A stretch of 64,000 nt of DNA from Verrucomicrobiia bacterium (GCA_963664225.1 OY760937.1:4992001-5056000); one strand, 5' to 3'; counted from the stretch's first letter, positions 12,101-21,824 are shown. Numbers and translations: made by a program. The notes: generated by a model not told the origin, from the letters alone.

Positions 12101-12235
12101 TTGTTTGTAGCCAGGAATCCGCTCGCCAGTGACCATTTGCGCGCTCGTTTTTACAACCGCGCAAAAGCCTGTTATGGCGGCAAGCAATCCAGCAAGGCCG
12201 CATCGCATCCAATGTTTGGGCATGTGCATGATCAA
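9155..12235 (-). CDS. Large secreted clan GH-A-like glycoside hydrolase with C-terminal CBM9-like domain
   Basis: Signal peptide, putative acid/base ELWNEP, IHY, putative nucleophile WDTES, IEVDGKLEDW...YDDRYFYFAAKVVD. Confidence 0.7.
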   Translation of the reverse strand: MIMHMPKHWMRCGLAGLLAAITGFCAVVKTSAQMVTGERIPGYKQVFGLGGESRAAEFTLEEIRSTPPANVVWPGEQSELVFKLTNKNKEPLQCEGHWELIQYGTKSKPNDVWEPDLFQIGTTVKIPVTINIPAGTNTEVIARPPLPEAFGGYALILDLGSHGRTMATTLVRAPKADPDRVQYPTYAMDMPWPHEISVQTYKLFQRLGIKGCRYGVGYFPTTAPDFAGRWARLRKELREMQDHNITVLMTIGEGGAPQPLGQPRPWLKEDGTMMENIKEDYAWMPEYDADFEKWCTMVAAEFGWPKGPVNAVELWNEPWEGVSISGWGADCLRFREIYEHMARGTEAGRTEGHTQVLIGGACSSTNTRDKLFPDGSDKFLQWLDFVSIHYQPLAADPALEPNWMNRKSPYGPVRVWDTESWIANSEDRVAGVIASMRSQGQSRTAGIYGGNVYEMHWNRDLENKQVSVVHTWSPAVAVAAVQQFIGQRAFKGILFTNGLPWIYAFDGLKSDDDGTLVVLGDLGAVYNRDRTLFRGVGSLTHNAKPTTAKSDDGENKLAATPLIENATLSFPDQNGRFVLYDFYGNPQPSQQGQIVVPLNGLGYFLRTTGAKGSFKQLVAAVRKAKIQGYEPVAFEVSDFTVPVTRKPTLKVKVTNILNRPVKGILSFSVDGCELAPQKMEVRLAPHETRIYSPALLASKVREDNCYVARVAFDAGSDGSCEHQETVHANVVAHRTIEVDGKLEDWKDVLPQPVGGEGIRANLTETAWLPFMKVDANAKNGLAIGYTAYDDRYFYFAAKVVDNTPYEGGPRFETRDDDSYFYPEKSFSKPKDGRKELVWPAGVRRFTYRRDFEIPSGSGNSDNVQLAFNVLPASQKSMYSHPKGTMPRYMAYPDTDYEFVFNSVAPKFGGGEEIWCLLKPGMPRKHFYPRQPKAPIDGGPVKDGKLVMRHEGNLRIIEAALPWSSIPDVKRRVDQHQTVKFTFRVNDNRGPAQELAAQRSVSKENCLTFHNDWQTHWANELEFGFEP

Positions 12236-12307
12236 TATTGATTGATCATATTGACTTGCTATTCAAGAAAACAGAACGGATGCGACTTTTTTGTATATGG
12301 AGTCCGG

Positions 12308-13768
12308 TCAACGTTTGCCCGGAGGCGCGAATTTACGCGAGACATCGTCCAGCACCAGGATCCAATCCAGAGCTTCTCCCGGCGTTGGAGAGATGAATTC
12401 CTTTTCGCCGGTCGTGGCGAATTCGCCGATTTCAGTCGCTTCGCCATTGCGTGGGTTAAACCACCATGCCTTGACCTTCCCGCCGCTGAGTTTGTCCAAC
12501 CGCACAGAAAACTTGCGGCCAATTGGGGCGTAAATCATGGCATACGAACCTGAGGCGTCGCGTGTGGCGACAAAGCGGTTGCGGCCTGCGCCGGGAACGG
12601 CCGTCGGCACCCTGGCCGTAACTATCAGGGAATCATCGGGAATGCGGCTGAGAATGGGGCGTGATTCCATCAGTTGTCGGGCGTATTTGACCTGTTCGGC
12701 GCCGGGTTGATCCAGTGCTTCAAACCAGGGCATGAGCGGATTGTTGATGGGCGGCCGGCCTTCCTGCCACATTTGCCAGACGGAATGGTGTCCGTAAGTG
12801 TGGCCACAGGCGCCGCTGAACAAATCCCAGTATATCGGGCGGCGAATGTCCGCGGCGATCGAATGTCCGAAACGTTGCGCATCAAAGGAGACCGGGTGAT
12901 CCTCATAGATCGGTTCGCCGTCAATCACCGGTTTGACCGGCGTGCGGTCGTAGTCCACGCGCGTTTTGGTGTAAGTGCCTGTAAATTCGGCCTGATGGCC
13001 GTTTTGGCGCATGTTAAAATCCAGCCATGGGGCGTCTTGAAACCACTGGGAGGAACCTGCGGCTCCCGGGGGATGGAACGTGATCAGGTGGTTGCCGCCA
13101 TCTCCGTTGCGCAAACCGCGCGCCATGGCTTCGAGCACCTTTTTCTGAGCGTCGTTTTCCACAGGGCGATCGCCGCCAAGAATCCAGATGATCGACTTGT
13201 CCTTGTAACGAGCGCCGAGCCATTGTCCGTATTTTTCAGCGTTGTCCTCATTGAACAATGGTTTGCCATCCCTGACCTGATCGTGCCAGTAACGGCCCCA
13301 TGTGGGCAAGAAGCCGATGCACAGTCCAAGGGATTCCGCCTTATTCACGATGAAATCGACATGATCCCAATAGTCGTTATCCGGGCCATTGATTACGGCG
13401 GGGCGTGCAGGGTCCATATCCGTCAGTGGCAAGTAGCCATATGCATTGGCTCCCGCATGACCGTCCAATTCGCCAATGGCCACAGCCTGAATAACTGTAA
13501 AACCCTGATTGGCACGCTTTTCCAAATATTTTTGGGCTTCTTCGCGGTTGAGCCGGTGAAAAAGTTCCCACGCCGTGTCTCCAAGGTAAAAGAAAGGGTG
13601 GCCATCCTGATACACCAGGAAATGGTGATTATCGGAAACTTTAAGGCGTTGGGTTGGTTGCGCGGCGCATCCAAGTGCGGTTAAGGTGATCAAGGCGGCA
13701 ACAGCCGCCTGCAACGGACGGAGCCACACTCCATGCGCGCGTCTGGTGATGAATGTCTGAGTTTTCAT
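12308..13768 (-). CDS. GH140 (DUF4038) apiosidase-like glycoside hydrolase, possible lipoprotein
   Basis: [58 protein letters not shown]. Lipobox-like ALGC. Confidence 0.88.
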   Translation of the reverse strand: MKTQTFITRRAHGVWLRPLQAAVAALITLTALGCAAQPTQRLKVSDNHHFLVYQDGHPFFYLGDTAWELFHRLNREEAQKYLEKRANQGFTVIQAVAIGELDGHAGANAYGYLPLTDMDPARPAVINGPDNDYWDHVDFIVNKAESLGLCIGFLPTWGRYWHDQVRDGKPLFNEDNAEKYGQWLGARYKDKSIIWILGGDRPVENDAQKKVLEAMARGLRNGDGGNHLITFHPPGAAGSSQWFQDAPWLDFNMRQNGHQAEFTGTYTKTRVDYDRTPVKPVIDGEPIYEDHPVSFDAQRFGHSIAADIRRPIYWDLFSGACGHTYGHHSVWQMWQEGRPPINNPLMPWFEALDQPGAEQVKYARQLMESRPILSRIPDDSLIVTARVPTAVPGAGRNRFVATRDASGSYAMIYAPIGRKFSVRLDKLSGGKVKAWWFNPRNGEATEIGEFATTGEKEFISPTPGEALDWILVLDDVSRKFAPPGKR

Positions 13769-14052
13769 GAGTCAATGGTTGCTGTCCAATAATTGTCAGA
13801 CAGCGGTGTTCATGGGGCCCGACTTTAACAATTCGGCTTCCGCAATTCTATAAGTAGATTATATTTCTTTTGGAGGATTTTACCCTTTAGGAAGTTGGAC
13901 AAGTCCGTTGGAATCAGGATGTTTATAATTATTAATGTTGCATTGATCAGCGGCGATCACGTACTTTTTAGCCAGACTATGGCCGGGTTATCATCCAACG
14001 CACATAATTGGCGTAGGGCGGGCGGCACACGCTCAAATGAACCATCACAGTC

Positions 14053-16374
14053 ATGCTCACTTTTATGAACACCCCATTGCGCATCCTCCACTTGGAAGAC
14101 AACTCCAGTGATGCCTTGCTGGCTCGAAAGACATTGGAGGAAAGTGGCGTGCAAGCGAATATTCAGACTGTGACCGGCGAAGAGGAGTTCGTTAAAGCCT
14201 TATCCAGCAATTCTTTCGATCTGGTGCTTGCAGATTATAATCTACCCGGTTATGGCGGTGTGGCGGCACTCGAGCATGTACAGGCAAATTACTCCGAGTT
14301 GCCCTTTATTTTTGTATCGGGCTGCATTGGCGAGGATGTTGCGATTGAGTTATTGAAGAAGGGGGCGACCGATTTTGTTTTAAAGGATCGATTGGGGCGG
14401 CTGGGGCTGGCCGTGAACCGGGCGATCGACCAAGTCCTTCAGCGGGTGGAACGTCAGAAGGCTCAGGAGGAGGTGCGCAAGTCCCGGGATTATTATCTGA
14501 CGCTTTTCGACAAGTTTCCCGCGTTGATCTGGAGAGCGAATGGTAGTGGGGAGTGTGACTATTTCAACAGCACATGGCTCGCTTTTACCGGCCGGTCGTT
14601 GGAGCAGGAATTACACGGTGGATGGTCCGAAGGAATTCATCCTGAAGACTTTGCGCAATGCCTCAAAGTTTATTCGGAGTCCATGGCCCGCCGGGAGGCT
14701 TTCGTCACGGAGTATCGGTTGAGGCGTTCTGACGGACAATACCGCTGGGTGACCGATCACGGGCGGCCTTTTTTCTGGCTGGATGGGGAGTTTATCGGAT
14801 ATGTGGGTGTGTGCATGGACATTCACGACCGCTGGTTAATGGCGGAGGCGTTGCGTGAAAGCCGGAATCGTTTTGAACAGGTGTCTGACCATGTAGGCGA
14901 GTGGATTTGGGAGGTGGACGCCCATGGTCTCTATACCTATTCAAATAATGTCGTATCACGCATTCTGGGCTACCAGGCGGAGGAACTGGTTGGCAAACTC
15001 CATTTTTACGATCTTTTTCCGGTTGAACAACGGCAAGCTCTCAAGACCGCCGTTTTCGAGCATTTCAACAAAGGAATACCGTTCGTCAAACATCTGAATG
15101 CCTGTCAGCACAAGAATGGCGAGGTCCTGGTCATTGAAACCAGCGGGACGCCGATTTTCGATAACGACCATAAGTTATTGGGTTATCGCGGTGTGGATAC
15201 GAACATGACAGAGCGCAAGCGTATCGAGGCCGAAATATTCCGCTCGCAACGTCTGGAAAGCATCGGTCGCCTGGCGGGTGGCATTGCGCACGATCTTAAT
15301 AATGTGCTCGCTCCAATCATCATGGCTGTTCCTTTGTTGCGTGACGAGATTACCGGTGAAACGAGTCAGCCTCTGCTTGAAATCATCGAGTCCAACGCCC
15401 GGCGAGGAGCGGCGATTGTCCGGCAGGTGCTGGCGTTTGCCAAGGGAGCTGAAATTCAGCAAACTGCAGTGCAACCGGCATTTTTATTGGAGGAAATGGC
15501 CAAGATCATTTCTGAGACCTTTCCAAAATCGATCGAATTGCGGACGAAGATTGCCCCAAACCTGATTCAAATCAACGGCGATCCCACTCAATTGCATCAG
15601 GTTCTGATGAATCTGTGTGTCAACGCCCGGGATGCCATGCCGGAAGGGGGAGTGCTGACCCTGACTGCAGAGAATGTGGAGCTGGACGATTTTGCCCTTT
15701 CCACCGCGCCACAGGCCCAAAAATCGGCCTCTTATGTGCTTATTACAGTTGCTGATACGGGAATGGGGATTTCGCAGGATAATCTGCCCAAGATTTTCGA
15801 TCCCTTTTTCTCGACCAAGGGTCCCCATTCAGGGACGGGTTTGGGATTGTCCAGTGTAATGGGCATTATCAAAAGCCACTCTGGATTTATCCAGGTTCAC
15901 AGCCAGCCGGGCCAGGGAACCCAATTTAAGATTTATTTGCCGGTGGATACCTCTTCAGCCATGGCCTTTCCCAAAGAGGAATTCAAGTCACTTCCTGTGG
16001 CCAACGGCGAAACAATCCTGGTCGTCGATGACGAACCGAATGTGGTGGATGTGCTGCGCCAGATCCTCGAACGCCAGGGGTACCGCGTTTTATGTGCTTC
16101 CGATGGCACCGAGGCGGTCACGCTTTATGCCCGGCATGGCACCGATATCAAGGTGGTTATTACGGACATGCTGATGCCCTTCATGGACGGCACGGCCACG
16201 ATTCGAGCCCTCTTGAAGATGAATCCGGCTGTAAAGATCATCGCTGCCAGCGGAATGGTGCCCCAGCCCGGACTCGGGGACGTTTTGACTCTCGGTGTAA
16301 AAACATTTCTACGCAAACCGTTTACAAACGACACTCTGTTGCAGGTCGTGCGGGATGTGATGACCCAGTCCTGA
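14053..16374 (+). CDS. Hybrid sensor kinase REC-PAS-PAS-HisKA-HATPase-REC
   Basis: REC (LHLED, DYNLP), two PAS/PAC domains, AGGIAHDLNN, NARDAM, GTGLGL, C-terminal REC. Alternative start 14065. Confidence 0.95.
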   Translation: MLTFMNTPLRILHLEDNSSDALLARKTLEESGVQANIQTVTGEEEFVKALSSNSFDLVLADYNLPGYGGVAALEHVQANYSELPFIFVSGCIGEDVAIELLKKGATDFVLKDRLGRLGLAVNRAIDQVLQRVERQKAQEEVRKSRDYYLTLFDKFPALIWRANGSGECDYFNSTWLAFTGRSLEQELHGGWSEGIHPEDFAQCLKVYSESMARREAFVTEYRLRRSDGQYRWVTDHGRPFFWLDGEFIGYVGVCMDIHDRWLMAEALRESRNRFEQVSDHVGEWIWEVDAHGLYTYSNNVVSRILGYQAEELVGKLHFYDLFPVEQRQALKTAVFEHFNKGIPFVKHLNACQHKNGEVLVIETSGTPIFDNDHKLLGYRGVDTNMTERKRIEAEIFRSQRLESIGRLAGGIAHDLNNVLAPIIMAVPLLRDEITGETSQPLLEIIESNARRGAAIVRQVLAFAKGAEIQQTAVQPAFLLEEMAKIISETFPKSIELRTKIAPNLIQINGDPTQLHQVLMNLCVNARDAMPEGGVLTLTAENVELDDFALSTAPQAQKSASYVLITVADTGMGISQDNLPKIFDPFFSTKGPHSGTGLGLSSVMGIIKSHSGFIQVHSQPGQGTQFKIYLPVDTSSAMAFPKEEFKSLPVANGETILVVDDEPNVVDVLRQILERQGYRVLCASDGTEAVTLYARHGTDIKVVITDMLMPFMDGTATIRALLKMNPAVKIIAASGMVPQPGLGDVLTLGVKTFLRKPFTNDTLLQVVRDVMTQS

Positions 16375-16518
16375 TCGCTTAATATACGCAGTCATGGGGC
16401 TTGTGACGATCCCCTTTCGGTCCAATCGTTTGTGGTAAATCAGGTAAACTGTGCCAATCTGGCGCAAATCACGATAACGGTTTGACTTGGCATGGGTGTA
16501 AACGTAACTTGACGTGTC

Positions 16519-17568
16519 ATGTTTGTCGCTGAAACGAAACAGGCTGCAACGACTGTAACGGGCCTCTGCAAAGGTGTAAAAGTATCCTGGAAGGATATTG
16601 CTGCGCCTGCACAACCATTTTTGGAGAAGGTTGCCTCCCAACTAGCCTCCCAGATCAGCGGGTTTGAGCCTGAAATAGCCGGTTACGCCCAGTATGCCCT
16701 GGCCAGTCAGGGCAAACAAATGCGTCCGGCATTGGTCGCGTTGAGCGGCACGGCGTCTGGACGGGCCAACGACAGTCTTGTAACTGTTGCGGTGATCATC
16801 GAGATGGTTCATTTGGCAACGCTGGTGCATGACGACGTCATGGACTCGGCTCAAATGCGTCGTCGGCGTCCCACACTGGCGGCCAACTGGGGCAATGAAA
16901 TATCCGTTTTATTGGGGGATTGCCTGTTTGCCCAAGCGGTGAAATTGGCGGCTGGTTTTCCGACCACGGAAATATGTCGCGCGGTGGCTACCGCAACCAA
17001 GACGGTATGTTCGGGGGAGATTATTCAGGCCCAGCAGCGTGGGAATTTGCAACTGACGGATTCGGAATATTTTCGAATTCTCGCCATGAAAACGGCGGAA
17101 CTCTTTGCCTTATCGTGCGATCTGGGTGCGAGCCAGACCAAGGCACCGGTCCCGATTCGAACGGCGTTGCGTCATTACGGGATGGCGTTGGGAACGGCCT
17201 ATCAGGTGTATGACGATTGCCTGGACCTTTTTGGGCGCGAGTCCGAGGCGGGCAAGTCGTTGGGGACGGATTTGGCCAATGGCAAGTTTACTTTACCGAT
17301 ACTGGTGGCCTGGAAACGCGCGGATGACGGGCAGCGGGGACGTCTGCGCGACTTGATCATGCCATGGGATCGGAAAGCCCTGTCGGAGGTTATCGGAATA
17401 CTCGATCATCTGGATGCCTTGGGAGAATGCCGCCGGGTCATTCATCAATACCTGGATGCCGCGCACCAGCACCTGTCGATTCTTGAAAACAGCGAAAGTC
17501 GTGATGCACTGCATGCATTTTGCGCCTTTTTGGCGCAACAAACGGACCAACTGGGTGTTAATCTGTAG
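16519..17568 (+). CDS. Polyprenyl diphosphate synthase (IspB-like)
   Basis: GKQMRP, EMVHLATLVHDDVMD (FARM), RRRRPT, YQVYDDCLD (SARM), GKSLGTD. Confidence 0.93.
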   Translation: MFVAETKQAATTVTGLCKGVKVSWKDIAAPAQPFLEKVASQLASQISGFEPEIAGYAQYALASQGKQMRPALVALSGTASGRANDSLVTVAVIIEMVHLATLVHDDVMDSAQMRRRRPTLAANWGNEISVLLGDCLFAQAVKLAAGFPTTEICRAVATATKTVCSGEIIQAQQRGNLQLTDSEYFRILAMKTAELFALSCDLGASQTKAPVPIRTALRHYGMALGTAYQVYDDCLDLFGRESEAGKSLGTDLANGKFTLPILVAWKRADDGQRGRLRDLIMPWDRKALSEVIGILDHLDALGECRRVIHQYLDAAHQHLSILENSESRDALHAFCAFLAQQTDQLGVNL

Positions 17569-17609
17569 CAGGCAGATAAGCAAGCGGACAACTTTTTGTT
17601 GAAGGAATT

Positions 17610-18242
17610 GTGTCAGGCGCCAGCGGCGATACGGCCACGAAACCCGTACCAATAAAGCCAGATGCATCCGGGGTTTCTGACGAGATGGAATTCGTCAAAA
17701 AGGCCCGGGAGGGTGAACTTTCGGCATTCGACGAGTTGGTTCGTCGCTATCAGGAACGGATCTACGCGACGGTTTTCCATATGACGTCCAACCACGAGGA
17801 CGCCAATGATTTAACTCAGGAAACCTTCATCAAGGCGCATCAGGCGCTCAAATCCTTCAAGGGGGATTCGAGCTTTTTCACCTGGATTTACCGGATTGCG
17901 GTCAATAAAACGATCAATTTGCTCAAGCAGCGGAAGAACCGTATTCATATCAGCCTCAACGATATGGATTTCAACGCGGAAAACGATCCGGAACTCGTTT
18001 CGCTTGTTTCGAATAAGACCCCGAGGCGGGATCTGAACCTTTCCGAATTGCAGGAGAAATTGAACACGGCCATGCTGACGTTGTCAGAGGATCATAGACT
18101 GGTGGTCACCCTGCATGATATTCAGGGGTTGTCGCACGAGGAAATCGGCAAGATTATGGATTGCAATGTGGGAACGGTGCGTTCCCGATTGTTTTATGCG
18201 CGGCAGCAGTTGCAGGCGCAGTTGTCCGATTATATGAAATGA
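17610..18242 (+). CDS. ECF RNA polymerase sigma factor (RpoE-like)
   Basis: AFDELVRRYQ, DANDLTQETFIKA, FFTWIYRIAVN, GTVRSRLFYAR. True start may be ATG 17685. Confidence 0.93.
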   Translation: MSGASGDTATKPVPIKPDASGVSDEMEFVKKAREGELSAFDELVRRYQERIYATVFHMTSNHEDANDLTQETFIKAHQALKSFKGDSSFFTWIYRIAVNKTINLLKQRKNRIHISLNDMDFNAENDPELVSLVSNKTPRRDLNLSELQEKLNTAMLTLSEDHRLVVTLHDIQGLSHEEIGKIMDCNVGTVRSRLFYARQQLQAQLSDYMK

Positions 18243-18248
18243 ATTGGC

Positions 18249-18737
18249 ATGCAGTCATCGAACGATCAATTTGACAGTTTACGCAAGTTGTTGACTTGTA
18301 AGAATGTGGAGCAGCCCGCGCCGGATTATTTTGAGGAGTTGCCTACGCTGGTGCGCGAGCGCATTGAGTCGATGCCGCCTCCTCCGCCGCCCAATGCGAT
18401 TGAGCGGGTGATGGCGATTTTTGAGTTTCGGCCTGTGTTAGCGGTTGCGTATGGGGTGGTGATCTGCGGCGGGGTTTTTGTTGGGCTACGGTTTTCCGAG
18501 ACGTTGCGGCGGTATCCTTTGCCCAGGCCCGAGGCTCGGGATTGGGTTGAGCCGCTGCCACTTGCATTGCAGACGCAAGTTTGGACTGGGGATGATAGTC
18601 AGGCTCGAGGGATGACGGCGCCTGCCGTCACCAGGTCCACTTTTCATGAATCGGGCATGGGGGTAATGGCAAGTGGTCCGTTATTCGTCGCTCATGGGTC
18701 GAATTCGGACTTTCAAAAGGTTAGTTTTCAACGTTAA
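18249..18737 (+). CDS. Putative anti-sigma factor, single-pass membrane protein
   Basis: Directly downstream of the ECF sigma. Has a PDYFEELP motif and one hydrophobic helix. Confidence 0.65.
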   Translation: MQSSNDQFDSLRKLLTCKNVEQPAPDYFEELPTLVRERIESMPPPPPPNAIERVMAIFEFRPVLAVAYGVVICGGVFVGLRFSETLRRYPLPRPEARDWVEPLPLALQTQVWTGDDSQARGMTAPAVTRSTFHESGMGVMASGPLFVAHGSNSDFQKVSFQR

Positions 18738-18885
18738 GGGTTGGCTGCCAGAGGCATCCGATGTTTCCGGCGGGGAGTCCCAACACGGGTTTCGATTTTC
18801 GCAACCGCTTCAAGTCATCGACCGGGAGGGTGTGTCTTTTTGCGTTCAACCGGTTGACTTTGGGTTGCCACGGTTGACTGCGATT

Positions 18886-19929
18886 TTATTTTTTCACGAA
18901 GACGATTCCGGCGTCGTCGCGGAGTTTTTTGAGGTAGTCGGGAAGTTTTTTCTGGGCTTCCTGGGTGGACAAATAGGATTCGATATCTTTTTTGGCTTCA
19001 TCGAAGGGAGTTTTGCGGGCCGGTAATTTTTCCGTCACCTTGATGATGTGAAAGCCAAATTTGGTGGAGACGAGGTCGCTGATTTTATTGGGTTCGAGGG
19101 AGAAGGCGGCGGCGTCGAATTCAGGAACCATGCGACCGCGGGCGAAGGTGCCCAGGTCCCCGCCTTGATCGCGTGAATTGGGATCGTCTGAGAATTCTTT
19201 GGCCAGGGCGGCGAAGTCTTCGCCTGCCTTGGCGCGGGTGAGCACTTTGTCGGCTTGTTTGCGTTTTTCGTCCAATTGTTTGTCGGTATAGGGCTGCTGG
19301 GTGAGCGCATCGCGGGTGAGGAGGAGGATGTGGCTGGCTTTGATGCGTTCGGGCAGGTCGAACTGGGCGGTGTGGTCGTCGTAGAATTTTTTTATGTCTT
19401 CGTCCGGGATTTTTATGGTGGATTTGACTTCGCGGTCGATGACTTCGCGAAACAGGTTTTCCTCTTCCATGCGGGCGCGGAATTCTGCGGGGGCCATTCC
19501 CAGGGCAACGAGTTGACGGTTGAAGGCGTCTTCGGAGGGCCAGCGTTTGCGATATTCGTCAAATGATTTCGCGGCGGCCTCTTTGGCTTTGGCTTTGTCG
19601 TCCGCAGTGGCTTTGGCTGAGAGGAGTTTGACGTTGACGAGGCGTTCGAGGACCTGGCGTTCGACTTCGTCGCGTTTGGCTTCGGGTATGCCCTGGCCCT
19701 GGGCGGCGAGGCTGGCTTTCAATTCGGTGAAGGCTTTTTCGACCTGGCTGCTCTTGATTTGAAAGTCCTTCCCCCTGGCGAGGATTTCGTCCGCAAATAA
19801 TTCGACGCTGCTCACGGCGGTGGATTTGCCCGCCACTGTGGGGGTTTCCGCCGCTTGAAGAACGGTTCCGGCAACTGCAAGTTCCAAAATCAATCCGCAC
19901 ATGGCGGCTCTGCGCATACTCATGATCAT
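18886..19929 (-). CDS. PpiC/PrsA-type peptidyl-prolyl cis-trans isomerase
   Basis: ASHILL, FAALAKEFSDD, GGDLG, MVPEF, FGFHIIKV and a signal peptide. The longer track ORF runs into repeat DNA. Confidence 0.93.
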   Translation of the reverse strand: MIMSMRRAAMCGLILELAVAGTVLQAAETPTVAGKSTAVSSVELFADEILARGKDFQIKSSQVEKAFTELKASLAAQGQGIPEAKRDEVERQVLERLVNVKLLSAKATADDKAKAKEAAAKSFDEYRKRWPSEDAFNRQLVALGMAPAEFRARMEEENLFREVIDREVKSTIKIPDEDIKKFYDDHTAQFDLPERIKASHILLLTRDALTQQPYTDKQLDEKRKQADKVLTRAKAGEDFAALAKEFSDDPNSRDQGGDLGTFARGRMVPEFDAAAFSLEPNKISDLVSTKFGFHIIKVTEKLPARKTPFDEAKKDIESYLSTQEAQKKLPDYLKKLRDDAGIVFVKK

Positions 19930-20076
19930 AATCAGGGAAACATTAAGAGTCCGAGGCAATCGGCTGTCCAGCGCAATCCTGCCGCAAGGCAGGACAAGAA
20001 GGCAAACGAACATGGATGGATGAGCAGGATGGGGGCTGGATAATTGATAATTAACAATGGACAATGCGCCGGAGTT

Positions 20077-20404
20077 AAGGAGCGAGACAATAATGGCATT
20101 GAAACACATAATGAAAACATACATGGATGGACAGGATGAACGGGATGGGGAGTGGATAAGGAGGGGAGAACCGCTAATTGGCACTGATAAACGCTAATAC
20201 GGATGGGAAAACAGGAACTTCAGTGCTTCGGTGCCAAGGAGGGAGACAAAGTTGTCTTTGAAACACATAATGAAAACATACATGGATGGACAGGATGAAC
20301 GGGATGGGGAGTGGATAAGGAGGGGAGAACCGCTAATTGGCACTGATAAACGCTAATACGGATGGGAAAACAGGAACTTCAGTGCTTCGGTGTCAAGGAG
20401 CGAG
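20077..20404 (+). repeat. 159-bp tandem repeat: two near-identical units plus the start of a third
   Basis: TTGAAACACATAATGAAAACATACATGG... begins at 20099 and again at 20258, identical for about 135 nt. Confidence 0.95.
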
Positions 20405-20446
20405 TGGGCTTGCTTCGATAAATCGGACACAGAAGACACATATAGG

Positions 20447-21289
20447 TTATTTGGATATATTTTCAAAGTCAACAGGAGACATGTAATTGAGTGTGCTGTG
20501 TAAACGCTGTCGATTATAGAAGGTCTCGATGTAATCAAAGATGGCCTGTCGGGCCTGGGCTCGGGTCGCAAAGACCCGGCGATAAACCAGTTCTTGTTTA
20601 AGGGTGCTCCAAAAGGATTCCATGGCCGCGTTGTCATAGCAGTTGCCACTGCGGCTCATGCTCGCCAGGGCACCGGAGGTTTCCATCGCCCGGCGATAAT
20701 CCTGACTGGCATACTGGACTCCCCGATCTGAATGAAAGAGCAATCCGGGTTCGGGTTGTCGCTGAATGCAGGCCATGTTCCAGGCCGCCAGAACCAGTTC
20801 GGCGTCAATATGTTCGCTCATGCTCCAACCCACGATGCGGCGGCTGTAGAGGTCTTCAATTCCCGCCAGATAGAGCCAGCCTTCATCGGTGGCAATGTAG
20901 GTGATGTCCCCGACCCAAGTCTGATTGCGTTGGTCCGGTGGCGCGGCTTGAGCCAGCCGGTTGGGGGCAATGGGCTGATCATGATTGCTGTCGGTGGTTC
21001 GGACCTTGAAACGCTTTTTAGAACGCGCCTGCAGGCCTTCCTGGCGCATTAAACGGGCGATGTGGTTGCGACCATGGCAGTGCCCCTGGTGCTTCAAGGC
21101 GATCTGGATGCGCGGGCTGCCATAGGTTTTGCGGCTGCCATTGAAAATCGTTGTGATGGTCCCTTTCAATACGGCGTCCTGACGGGCACGCAACGAAGGC
21201 TGGATTTGCCGTCGGCACCAATCATAGTAGCCGCTAAAAGACACATCAAAGGCCTCACAGAGCAGGCGGATGGGATGATCGACTTTCAT
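20447..21289 (-). CDS. IS3-family transposase OrfB (DDE/rve)
   Basis: YGSPRI, WVGDITYI, DLYSRRIVGW, HSDRGVQY, GNCYDNAAMESF, YNRQRLHSTL. Confidence 0.96.
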   Translation of the reverse strand: MKVDHPIRLLCEAFDVSFSGYYDWCRRQIQPSLRARQDAVLKGTITTIFNGSRKTYGSPRIQIALKHQGHCHGRNHIARLMRQEGLQARSKKRFKVRTTDSNHDQPIAPNRLAQAAPPDQRNQTWVGDITYIATDEGWLYLAGIEDLYSRRIVGWSMSEHIDAELVLAAWNMACIQRQPEPGLLFHSDRGVQYASQDYRRAMETSGALASMSRSGNCYDNAAMESFWSTLKQELVYRRVFATRAQARQAIFDYIETFYNRQRLHSTLNYMSPVDFENISK

Positions 21290-21639
21290 CGCTTCAACCC
21301 GTTGATAGCGTTGCTCTGGGGGTCCGAAAGAATTCCCAACGTTTTTTTTAGAATCTCCCGCTGCTGGCGCACATAGTCCAGTTCGCGCAACAAAGCGGCA
21401 TTGTCGGCCAGCAACTGCTCACGGGTCTTTGTTTCGGCTCCTTCCCCTGTTGGCAGCGGCACATATTTTGCGCGCCAGGCATAGAGCCGCTCCATTTTTA
21501 TCCCCAACTCAGCCGCCACCGTGGCTGCCGATTTCCCGCTGGATTTCCAGAGGTTCACGGCTTCCTGCTTAAATGCAGAATCATACTTCGGATGAGTCTT
21601 GGAATCGGGAATCACAGATTGCTTCATACGGTTTTTCAT
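21286..21639 (-). CDS. IS3-family OrfA (HTH)
   Basis: YDSAFKQEAV...VAAELGI...REILKK. A8 slippery run at 21342-21349 (minus strand) and ATGA overlap with OrfB. Confidence 0.92.
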   Translation of the reverse strand: MKNRMKQSVIPDSKTHPKYDSAFKQEAVNLWKSSGKSAATVAAELGIKMERLYAWRAKYVPLPTGEGAETKTREQLLADNAALLRELDYVRQQREILKKTLGILSDPQSNAINGLKR

Positions 21640-21684
21640 TAAGTTTCGCTCCGCTCCTGTGTCCGTCAAATCGGGGCAACCTCA

Positions 21685-21742
21685 GAGATAAAGTTGTCGT
21701 TGAAACACATAATGAAAATATACATGGATGGATAGGATGAAC
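21685..21742 (+). repeat. Continuation of third 159-bp repeat unit after the IS
   Basis: GAGATAAAGTTGTCGTTGAAACACATAATGAAAATATACATGGATGGATAGGATGAAC matches units 1 and 2. Confidence 0.9.
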
Positions 21743-21824
21743 AGAATAATGTGAGGCAATAATCCCCTCATTGTTCCATTGCGTCACGGCGTGGCATTGC
21801 CCAGCAATTGCTTTCGTGCCAGAA

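Larger units (their letters stand above)
20405..21684 (-). mobile_element. IS3-family insertion sequence (1280 bp)
   Basis: Imperfect 26-bp IRs TGGGCTTGCTTCGATAAATCGGACAC and TGAGGTTGCCCCGATTTGACGGACAC, TG...CA ends, GAG duplication at 20402-20404 and 21685-21687. Confidence 0.95.

Noticed and set aside
19930..20184. N-terminal extension of the PPIase ORF
   Set aside because: It runs through the repeat patch. The signal peptide begins near 19929.
20077..20404. CRISPR array
   Set aside because: The constant part is about 135 nt and the variable part is short and related between units. There are only 2-3 units and no cas genes.
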